The position numbers and the translations under genes were made by a program. DNA of 58,484 bases. Source: Craspedostauros australis. Its lineage: Eukaryota. Location of the stretch: assembly GCA_030167865.1 (NCBI GenBank), contig JALAGF010005893.1, positions 1 to 58,484 of the forward strand, read 5' to 3'. Under the pieces are notes generated by a model. It had not been told where the DNA came from. It did no database searches and saw only the letters and a program-made list of their open reading frames with translations. Shown here one piece after another: positions 1 to 9,916 of the stretch; position 1 is the first letter of the stretch; the number at the start of each line of letters is the position of its first letter.

Positions 1-310
1 ACTCAAAACTCGAACAACGATTGGATTGATTCAGCACACATGGTCTAACAACAAGGGAACTCATGGTGAATACTAGCTGTGTGCTAATAGAGGTTGTAAG
101 CTGATTGTACGAGATTGGCTGGTCATGACGCACATCAGGCACACAAGGAGAACAGCACAGCACAGCACAGCGCATCACCAGTCATNNNNNNNNNNNNNNN
201 NNNNNNNNNNNNNNNNNNNNNNNNNNNNNNNNNNNNNNNNNNNNNNNNNNNNNNNNNNNNNNNNNNNNNNNNNNNNNNNNNNNNNNNNNNNNNNNNNNNN
301 NNNNNNNNNN

Positions 311-1666
311 AAGCTATGACTACAAGCAGCAGAGAAACAGGAGGAACTCGTTTGAGATGCGCTGTGTTTCCTCTGTCAACTTTGTGAGGAGGATTTTGTG
401 CCTCCGCTGTGTTGTTGTGGAATGGATTTGCAATTCGGGACTCGCAAAGTGTTCTCATTGATGGGCGCATTCGGTAGAATTGTGGTTAATCTCCATGACC
501 CCCAACAGCAAAAACTGTTTGAGAACACCAAACACAACACAACAACACGACAATGGAGAAACACAACAAAACTCCTCAAGCGCNNNNNNNNNNNNNNNNN
601 NNNNNNNNNNNNNNNNNNNNNNNNNNNNNNNNNNNNNNNNNNNNNNNNNNNNNNNNNNNNNNNNNTTGGTGGATGAGCGAGAGGGGGATGCCATCCTGGT
701 TTATTTGGGGCCGTGGCAGGCCCACGCGCACACGACACGATTCCGAGCAAAATCTGCTCGTTGGATATGGTCTCTGCCTGGAATGCACAGGCCATTCCAA
801 CGACCATGGATGGGCAAGATGCATCCAAGAGGATACGATGAAGATGCACACGAAGTTTGAGGGTCGGGGGTGGCCTGGAAGGTGCCCTCCGCAAGAAACA
901 AGTGNNNNNNNNNNNNNNNNNNNNNNNNNNNNNNNNNNNNNNNNNNNNNNNNNNCAGCACGGCGCAGCGCACCACAGAACGGCATGGACAACACAGGAGG
1001 ATGGTCACAAGGTGCCTTGTACCATCCACTTTTTCCTTCGTGGGAAGGTCACAGTCATTCTACATTCTGTGTAAGCTATGACTACAAGCAGCAGAGAAAC
1101 AGGAGGAACTCGTTTGAGATGCGCTGTGTTTCCTCTGTCNNNNNNNNNNNNNNNNNNNNNNNNNNNNNNNNNNNNNNNNNNNNNNNNNNNNNNNNNNNNN
1201 NNNNNNNNNNNNNNNNNNNNNNNNNNNNNNNNNNNNNNNNNNNNNNNNNNNNNNNNNNNNCCCCCAACAGCAAAAACTGTTTGAGAACACCAAACACAAC
1301 ACAACAACACGACAATGGAGAAACACAACAAAACTCCTCAAGCGCTGTCGAATGGCATCGACGGCACTGCCACAACCAGCGGTCCAGTGCAAGAACTGAG
1401 CGCATAGGCGGAACCGCCATGTAAAGCTTGGTGGATGAGCGAGAGGGGGATGCCATCCTGGTTTATTTGGGGCCGTGGCAGGCCCACGCGCACACGACAC
1501 GATTCCGAGCAAAATCTGCTCGTTGGATATGGTCTCTGCCTGGAATGCACAGGCCATTCCAACGACCATGGATGGGCAAGATGCATCCAAGAGGATACGA
1601 TGAAGATGCACACGAAGTTTGAGGGTCGGGGGTGGCCTGGAAGGTGCCCTCCGCAAGAAACAAGTG
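311..1666. repeat. Direct duplication with 762-bp period (copy A 311-904, copy B 1073-1666), interrupted by N runs; no recognisable coding function
   Basis: aagctatgactacaagcagcagag occurs at 311 and 1073, ttggtggatgagcgagaggggg at 666 and 1428, and aagaaacaagtg ends at 904 and 1666. All offsets are exactly 762. Confidence 0.9.
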
Positions 1667-2852
1667 GCGGGCAAGAGTTTTTTGGTGGGTGGCGGCGGAC
1701 ACATCACGTGACTTCGCTGGTGATGGGTGCCATTCACAAGTCACCCAGATCACCAAGCCACCCACACAAGATGTGTTCGGAATCAACTCAAGATGACCAG
1801 GGCGGAGCCTTCTCCACGGATACGGCCTGGAAGAGGTTGCAAGGTGGGATGCACACAAACGGGATTTTTTGGGGTGTCTGAAAGACAGCATGGTGGCATC
1901 ATCACATGGAGATGTACCTTTGGAGGTATGAACGCCCCACCCATTCTGAACACATCAGTGTATCGCCAGAGAATGTGGGAACGTATGAGGGGCACGTGGA
2001 GGAGCTGCAAGGATCGTATCGACGAGATACTGATCCAAATACGAACGGCATCCGTGTCGAAATCGTTTTTTCGAAATTGCTGCTTTTCAGTGCAGGGACA
2101 GTTGGGAGTATGAGATGCGGCTATCTGTGGAGAAGCTTCATGGGGTGGATAGATGGGGGGTATCCGGAGCTAATGTGGTGCGCAGATTATGAAAATGCCA
2201 GGGATGATAATGATGATCATGGGTGCTGAAGGTAGGGCAGCATGGTGCCATCGAGAATTTGTGAAATCCACCACATGACAGTCAGCAAGCCAAAACAACA
2301 TTAAAAATAAAGTTCATACAAATTTAACTTCGATATTCAGAATAAGCGATAGCCAAGCGTCCGAATGCACTGTCTATTTTTAATTTTAAACGATATGGTG
2401 TCGAGATATAACATCATAAGCAGTATTTGGATGGTGTTGGATGTGCTCTATTTTAGTCTACTTTATCACGACTCATGACGAGTAAAACTCCACAACTAGT
2501 GTTATCGCTTGTTGGCTTGGGGCATTTTACATTCTCTGCAGGTCGTACCAAGGGGCTGAGCGCGACTAAGATAGTTCGGATGGAAGACCCGACGACCGCG
2601 GGCGGGCATTTGCATCCCACCAGGAGACTCACAGTAGCAGGTAACGAAGAGAGAGAGAGAGAGATGCAGCTAGTTGGAGGTGAACCACACCATCGATTGA
2701 GAGATGATAGCACCTCTGTTGCCACAAATCGAGATCCAGCATACAAACTTGCACACTCGGATGCTGAGAAATGAACTAAACTGAACTGAACAGCTCTGAA
2801 CAACACTCACACGAATAATACCTACACTGTCTCTATTTACCTACTCTCAATC

Positions 2853-3875
2853 ATGATGTACAGATGCCCCCGATGCGGTCGCCTTCATGACGACCCTGAC
2901 CCCCGCAACCTTCCATTGGAGGACGGCGATGAGGCGCCCCTGTGCAGGGAATGCCGTGCCAACCCCCACCCGGAAAAGAAGGGCAAGACGAGCGAGACAG
3001 GCAGGAACGTTGCTATCGGTGTGGGCGCGGCCGCGGCGACCGTCGCGGGTGCAGGTTTTGCCTTGGGCGCCTTGGGCTTCACAACTGCCGGTATTGCAGC
3101 TGGCTCTGCAGCAGCAGCTGCGCAACCCGCTACGACCGCAGCTGGCAGCTGGTTCGCAACCGCCCAAGGCCTTGGTGCCACAGGCGCTCTTGCGACCGCC
3201 GCATCAGGCGGCGCAGCCACCGCAACAGTCTCTGCTGCCGTGGCTGGTGTAGCTCACTGCGTAGGAAAAGACAGCAACGAAGAGGATGAGGCTAAGGATG
3301 GGGCTAAGGATGAGGCTAAGGCTAAGGACGGCGATGAGGGGCCCCTGTGCAGGAAATGCCGTGCCAACCTTCCATTGGAGGACGGCGATGAGGCGCCCCT
3401 GCGCAGGGAATGCCGTGCCAACCCCCACCCGGAAAAGAAGGGCAAGACGAGCGAGACAGTCAGGAACGTTGCTATCGGTGTGGGCGCGGCCGCGGCGACC
3501 GTCGCGGGTGCAGGTTTTGCCTTGGGCGCCTTGGGCTTCACAACTGCCGGTATTGCAGCTGGCTCTGCAGCAGCAGCTGCGCAACCCGCTACGACCGCAG
3601 CTGGCAGCTGGTTCGCAACCGCCCAAGGCCTTGGTGCCACAGGCGCTCTTGCGACCGCCGCATCAGGCGGCGCAGCCACCGCAACAGTCTCTGCTGCCGT
3701 GGCTGTTGTAGCTCACCAAGCAGGAAAAGACAGCAACGAAGAGGATGAGGCTAAGGATGGGGCTAAGGATGAGGCTAAGGCTAAGGACGGCAACGATAAG
3801 GATGAGGATGAGGATAAGGACGGCAACAACGAGGATGAGGATGAGGAAGAGGACAGCAAGCCACCGGCTAAATAG
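2853..3875 (+). CDS. IFI6/IFI27 (ISG12, Ifi-6-16) family-like protein with two tandem ISG12 domains, an N-terminal CxxC...CxxC motif and an acidic tail (340 aa, single exon)
   Basis: Two copies of ALGALGFTTAGIAAGSAAAAAQPATTAAGSWFATAQGLGATG resemble the ISG12 motif (LGFTxxGIAAGSxAA...GSxxAxxQSxGAxG). The N-terminus has CPRC...CREC and the C-terminus is D/E/K-rich. Confidence 0.75.
   Translation: MMYRCPRCGRLHDDPDPRNLPLEDGDEAPLCRECRANPHPEKKGKTSETGRNVAIGVGAAAATVAGAGFALGALGFTTAGIAAGSAAAAAQPATTAAGSWFATAQGLGATGALATAASGGAATATVSAAVAGVAHCVGKDSNEEDEAKDGAKDEAKAKDGDEGPLCRKCRANLPLEDGDEAPLRRECRANPHPEKKGKTSETVRNVAIGVGAAAATVAGAGFALGALGFTTAGIAAGSAAAAAQPATTAAGSWFATAQGLGATGALATAASGGAATATVSAAVAVVAHQAGKDSNEEDEAKDGAKDEAKAKDGNDKDEDEDKDGNNEDEDEEEDSKPPAK
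2906..3791 (+). repeat. Intragenic 427-bp direct repeat (2906-3332 and 3365-3791, period 459 bp = 153 codons)
   Basis: The copies are near-identical, with 7 substitutions by eye. The linker 3333-3364 is a partial third copy of the repeat start. Confidence 0.95.
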
Positions 3876-4448
3876 AAGACGCAGTTTGAAAACAAGCTTG
3901 AAAGCGTCAAGAGCACACAAGAACGCGGTGGCCAGGCAAAAGTCAGAGATCCAACTGCCAACCCTTGCTGAAGCTTTGAGCTAATCCAATAGTACACTAT
4001 GTCACTATCAAACATCTTTACTGTAGACACGAAACCGTATAGTATTCTCTCTCTCTCTCTCTTTGGATAGCAGTCCTGGGAAGTCAAGGCATGAACGTGC
4101 AGAGTGCATTCGATTCTCCAGAGAGGATGGAGACGAGCATGTGGAGTTGTGGCTCACAATTTGCCCGTTGCACTTGTGCACGTACTGCTAAAAGAGAGCA
4201 GTGTCTCGCACGACATGGTACAGTACGTTCAATAAAATAAGCAGAGTTTTACCAGTAGTCATATTCTGCTCCACTATTCCAATATTGTACCACATCACAT
4301 TACGACGAAGCTTGCCGCTCCATCATCTTTCATCACCTTACACTACACGTACAGGAGGATCACTCCGACATCGATGGACTGCCCTTGTCTCCTTCGTCTG
4401 CAAGGAGATGGAGGAAGACACATGCACGATGACGGCACACGCATGCGG

Positions 4449-5930
4449 TCATTCGCTGGCTGCACGAGAGGGATGCTGAAAGTTCTCACCCTGCGTGTGC
4501 ATCTCGAATTCATCCATGAAGGCATCCAGATCGTCCGAATCGTCTGCAGCGGAATTGGTTTCCGCTGTTTGCTGTGGTGGCGGCGGCGGCGATGCGGCTT
4601 GCTGCGCCGCTTCATCATCCTTCGGTTGCTTGTTGTAGTTCTCGCCGCCCGTCTCCAGACCGAATTGATCCAGCTGTTCCATGACATCGTCGACGCTGGC
4701 AGCTGCCGCGCCGTCCGACGCCAGTACTTGCGATCCGTCAGCAAAGACCCACGTCGTCCCGGCCGGTCGGTTCTCTTCCTTCGACAAGAAGATGGACACG
4801 GGCGATTCGCCCGGGTTTCGGATCGCCGATGGCTTGGTGCTGCCATGGTGCTGCGCGGTTCCGACGTCCTCCGCCAGATCGCACACCATCGTGTGCAACG
4901 CCTCGCGCTTGGACTGACGCACGGCGTCGTCCGACAGGCTATTCAAATGCTTGGATTGCAGCAGCTCTGACGATCCGGGGCGTTTGCCGGGGTTCTTTTG
5001 CAGGCAGAGATCCACAAGCTGTCGGAATGATTCGGACCAAACCTCGGGAGCAATGCCATCGCCGTAGTTATTGTCGTCGTCAGCATCATCCTCATCGCCG
5101 TGCTCCTCATCGTAGGTATCAAGCGATGGCGGGTCTTCCTGTATGGTGAGGATGAGGACCTTCATCGGCGGGTACTTTGCGTAGGGCGCGTAGCCCTTGG
5201 CCAGTTCCAACGCGGTGATGCCGAGGGACCAGATGTCCGCCTTGTAGTCGTAGCCGTGGACCTGCTCCATGACCTCCGGCGCCATCCAGCACGGCGTGCC
5301 GACGAAGGTCTTCGCCTTCTCCTGCTGCGTGCCCGCGTTGATGAGCCAACCCGAGACGCCGAAATCCGCGATGCGGACGTCGCCGTTGCCGTCGAGCAGG
5401 ATGTTGCCCGCCTTGATGTCCCTGTGGATCTGACCGTTCTCGTGGATGTACTTGAGGCCCAGCAAGGTCTGATGCAGAATGTAGAGGATGTGCTGCTCGA
5501 AGGCGATGGATTTGCGGTGCTTGCGCAAGTGGCGTCTCGCGCCCTGCAGGCAATGCAAGGAGCTGCCCTTGCGCATGAGCTGCGTGACCAGCCAGAGATC
5601 CGTGGAATGCACGAATGCCGTGTGGCACGTGAGGATGTTCGGATGCGAGGATAATCTCATGGCCTGCACTTCCAGCCGGATCTCCGACAGGTTGGAATCG
5701 ACGTGATCCAGATTGAGCACCTTGATGGCGCATTCTCTGGGCTGCTCGTTGGCGTTGACATTGGCATTGACATTGGCGTTGTCACTGGCCTTTGCACTGT
5801 CAGGGTTGGGTGCGGAGGCTGCCTCCGAGGAGCCTGCCTGTTTGAGGCATGCCTTCCAGACGGAAGCAAAGGCGCCCTGGCCGATCTTCCCCACCAACTC
5901 GTACGCATCCGATTGCGTTGGCCACTCCAT
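4449..5930 (-). CDS. STE20-family Ser/Thr kinase, OSR1/SPAK (Fray/BLUS1-like) subfamily, 493 aa, single exon
   Basis: Complete kinase motifs: IGQGAFASV, AIK, HRDIKAGNILL, DFGVSGWL, KTFVGTPCWMAPEVMEQVHGYDYKADIWSLGITALELAKGYAPYAKYPPMKVL. The last two are typical of OSR1/SPAK. Confidence 0.93.
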   Translation of the reverse strand: MEWPTQSDAYELVGKIGQGAFASVWKACLKQAGSSEAASAPNPDSAKASDNANVNANVNANEQPRECAIKVLNLDHVDSNLSEIRLEVQAMRLSSHPNILTCHTAFVHSTDLWLVTQLMRKGSSLHCLQGARRHLRKHRKSIAFEQHILYILHQTLLGLKYIHENGQIHRDIKAGNILLDGNGDVRIADFGVSGWLINAGTQQEKAKTFVGTPCWMAPEVMEQVHGYDYKADIWSLGITALELAKGYAPYAKYPPMKVLILTIQEDPPSLDTYDEEHGDEDDADDDNNYGDGIAPEVWSESFRQLVDLCLQKNPGKRPGSSELLQSKHLNSLSDDAVRQSKREALHTMVCDLAEDVGTAQHHGSTKPSAIRNPGESPVSIFLSKEENRPAGTTWVFADGSQVLASDGAAAASVDDVMEQLDQFGLETGGENYNKQPKDDEAAQQAASPPPPPQQTAETNSAADDSDDLDAFMDEFEMHTQGENFQHPSRAASE

Positions 5931-6643
5931 CCTTCACAGAGCAGGATTCCTTCCGTTGCCCACCGTTCCGTGTGCCTGTCTGCCTGCCTGCCTGTCTACC
6001 TGCCTGCCTCGTTGGCTTTCAGCAATGCGCTCGTCTGCTTCCGCTTCGAGTTGGGTGGATCCCAAGCACAACGCTCACAATTGACTTCCCTCGCAGTACT
6101 CGCACGTGTGCTCTGCTATTGCGATCTGCCTCCGCTTGCTCTCTCTGCGTGTGTGTTCGCGCGCACGTCTCTCGTCTTTGATTACTTCTCACAACGATGG
6201 GTTCGAAGTCAAGGTCGTCGTCATCCAGGGCTCTCTCTCTCTTTGAGTTGGGATACTCCTACTTCACAAGTGTGGTGTGCATTCTTGCTCTTCGCCATGA
6301 CAAAATTTAACAAAATCGACCCAACACGACACAGAAACAACACGATACGATGCGAAGCAGCGTGGATACAGAAGGCGAATCGAGAGAAGTAGATGACTGT
6401 TTGATTCGTTCGACTGCCATGACTCCAGTCGTTCGCGAAATCGACGCATCGACCATGGCGGGAATTGCCGTTGCGGTCAAGCACCCGCGCTCTGTTTGTG
6501 TTGTGGCGTGTGGCGCGAGCTTTGTTGGGAGAATCAGCAGGCAACCACGAGCACAAGAACACTCACACTCACACTCACACTCACACTCATACATGCATCC
6601 ACCTACGTCCACATCCACATCCACACAAAGCCACAGAGACAAC

Positions 6644-9600
6644 ATGTCGTCAGCCGCAACATCGAGCGCGTCGCCGACGCTGGGGGAGGATCTGTCGAAG
6701 CTCCTGTCGTCCTCCCAGTTCTCCGTGGCTTCGTACCTGAACGCTGCGCTGAAGGACCAGCACAGGGCGATGCTGGCCACGACGACGCCGGCGGAAGACG
6801 AGCTCGTGCGCCGCCGCATGGCCGAGCTGGCCTTGCAGCTGCAGTTGCAGACCCAGTCTTGCCACGAAGAGATCGGGCGCATCGGCGCCGAGCTGCAGGC
6901 CATCCTGCCGCGCTGTGCGGCCGACGTGGGACGCGTGGGGGTGGGATTGGAAGGCATGCGCATCGATGCCAAGGCGCTGCTGGATTCCACCTCCCTGCAC
7001 GGCAGCGGCAACGAGCTCAGCTCCTCGCTCGAGACGCTCTCCACCTTGCATGCCCTGCAGGCCAACTTGGGCCGCACCAAGGAGGTGCTCGTGGCGGCCA
7101 CGACCTGGGATGCCACGTTGGCCAGCATCCCGCCCTTGCTGGCGGACGAGAAGCTCACGGACGCCGTCAACGCGCTGGCCGTGCTCGAGAGCGGCGAACG
7201 ATCGTTGCGCGGCATGCCCAATCTGCAGGAGCGCCGCGACCAGATCGCCAAGATCCGCCAGCAGGTGCAGATCCTGCTGCAGCCGCAGCTCAAGCATGCT
7301 CTGCAGGGCATGAACACGCGCCTGGCGCCCTTGCAGCAGTGCGTCTTGCTATTCGCCAAGCTCAACAAGATGGATTCCTTGCGCGAGGAGTACGTCAAGA
7401 GCCGTCCGGATGCAATCCACAAAGCGTGGTTTGCCTTCCGTCCGTCGTACAATGCTGTTGTCGGTGACGATGCAGGTGCTGCCGATCAGAACACGGCCTC
7501 TGCCACCACTGGCAACAGCAGCAACAGCAGCAACAGCAGCAACAACAGACCGCCTGCCTCATCTGGAGAGAATTTCATCACGTGGTTGCCTTCGTGGTAC
7601 GATGCGGTTCTCACATTGCTCAACGAAGAAAAGCGCCAGAGCACGACGGTCTTTGGGGCCGAGGATGCGGCAGAGATGATTGCCAAGGTCAGTTTCATTC
7701 ATTTCCGCCTGCTCTGCTCTAACCTGCTCTACTCTTGTCATCTTGGTGTGTCCGTGCCTTTGCATGGTCTCGCCGTCGTATCGTGCTCCTTCACGTTCAC
7801 ATTCATGGCCACGTTCACATTCATGTCCATGTTCACATTCATGTCCACGTCCACAATACCGTTTTTCTGTGCTCACCCGCTCGCTTTATCGCTCTTTTCT
7901 CTCCACGCTGCTTACCAACGTCTTGCCAATGCACCCAACTCTCTTTGCCATCAACACATTGCACGTATGCACACACACACATGCATGCATGCATGCACAC
8001 GTGCAGGTCTTCAAGGAGTGCTTCAGACCCATCCTGCCGTCCTTCCGAAGTCGGTTGGAAAGCATCTACTCATCGTCCGTCTCCGCCCACCCCAAGGGCT
8101 CGTTCCAATCCATCTGCGCTGTGTACGAGTCATCGATCCGCTTCCTCGTTGTGGTGTATGAGATCATCGCCGGCACGTTCCTCGATGCTGTGGACTCTGG
8201 CGCCGTTGCCAGCGACAACACGGGCATCGACCTCTACCAGCAGCTGATGACCACTTTCGCTCAGGTTGCGGCGCCGTTCACCAACTACATCGTGGGTTTC
8301 GCCAAGCTGGAGAACAAGCACTTCGAAGCGACCAACCAATCCTTCTTCCGCACCATGCAGCAAACGGTCTCCCAATCACCGGCCTCCAACGACTTCACCA
8401 ACATCGATGCCCTGCAGCATGTCATCCACGAGCTCAAGGAGACGGGCAACGTCATGTTCCCAAAGCTCGATATGTCCCTCGAACGATTTGCCTTGATGGA
8501 CGGTGGCTTCCGCCCCAAAGCGAGCTTGGCCGCCGTCGATAAGAACGTCGCCACCTACATCGGCGAAGTCGCCGTGGCAGTCCGAACCCTCTCCGCCAAC
8601 CTCACGGCCAACACGGCCGCATTCGCCGATGTCTTTGACGAGCAGCACATTCTATGCGCCATGGAAATCCTCAAGATGGCAGGCTCCATCCACCGCAGAT
8701 ACAACCAGTTCCAAACCCAATCCAAGGACAAGATCAACGCGCTCGCCGACCGCATGGCTGGACACGTTGGCTTTGGAAGGATGCTGATCGATGCTGCCGA
8801 AGGCAACAGCAAGACCTTCACGTTGCCGGAATCCACGTCGCTCGCAGAAATCGATTCCATCCTCATCGAATCGGCCTGTGGTGACGACGACAAGCTGAAG
8901 GACGTCGCGCTCGCATCGCTGCGCGAAATCGTCGAAGATAATGCCACCACCACACCATCAAACGTACGACTGCTCTCGCAGGCCAACCAGTCCGTTCGCA
9001 ACCTGAAGAACAGCTGTCAAGCATTCGTCTTCGATGTCTGCTCCTGCGTCGCGTACAGACACTTGCACAACATGTCGGCGATGGAATGCTGGAGGAGTCA
9101 GCAACCAGCCTCAGGCACGGACGCGTACGGCACCTTGCCGCAGACCTACGTCAATGGTGTCGGCGAGCACATGCTGGCATTGGTGCAGTACCTCGAACCC
9201 CTCACTTCCGATCAGGACCTCATCGCACTCGCCAACGAGGTCATGTCCGACATCCATCAGGTCTCCCTGTCCGCGTGGGAACGCTTCGTCGGTGCATCGG
9301 GCATCCTCGGTGACGACACCGACATTGCGAAGCAATTCATGGAGGGCACCAGCATCGCCGAGTACGTCAAGAACAACGAAGCACTGGGGCATGAAGAATA
9401 CGCCGACGAAATTACCGACGAAGAAAAGCACAGCGCCGAGTTTTGCAGCGCGTGGTTGGGTGTTGTGGCACTGGCTGTGGCAGGACGCATCTTGGAAGAG
9501 GCCATGCGATTTCCAAGCCTCACACAGAAGGGTTGCGAGCATCTTATGACGGATCTGGAGTACCTCAAGAATGTTCTGATCGCGGTTGGCGTGACAGGAC

Positions 9601-9764
9601 ATCCACATCCCATGCTGTGCCATTTGTCCAGCCTGGTCGCCATGGAAGGCGCGGAGTTGGTGGGGCTCATCGGCACGCGAGACCGCGGCAACCGACTGGA
9701 GGAAGCCATGGCCACGGTCGAAACTCGAATCGCGTTGCTGAGAGGCTTTGCTGTCAACAACTAA
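6644..9764 (+). CDS. COG7: Conserved oligomeric Golgi complex subunit 7; exons 6644-7687 and 8007-9764 (933 aa)
   Basis: N-terminal FSVASYLNAAL and LALQLQLQ helix; C-terminal LPQTYVNGVGEHMLALVQYLEP and GCEHLMTDLEYLKNVL are COG7-like. The phase-0 intron 7688-8006 (AAG|gtcagt...gtgcag|GTC) joins the two ORFs in frame. Confidence 0.85.
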
Positions 9765-9916
9765 ATAATATTGGTATTATTCTCCAATACAGCACCTCGT
9801 TGAGTACATCCAGGTGCGATCCTTACTCGCATACCATACAGGCACAGTGCACTGATCTCCATTGTTTCATAAATATGTATATTTATCATGCATTATTATT
9901 TGTCCCGACCATGCTT

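Noticed and set aside
376..2229. Many 60-225 aa ORFs in the duplicated start region as a possible transposase or retroelement
   Set aside because: I found no DDE, RT, integrase or gag motifs and no terminal inverted repeats. Several ORFs are long only because N runs hide stops.
6307..7452. Long antisense and alternative-frame ORFs over COG7 (and similarly over the kinase, hemA, F-box and PsbP-like genes)
   Set aside because: These are the expected shadow ORFs of GC3-rich coding sequence and show no protein motifs.
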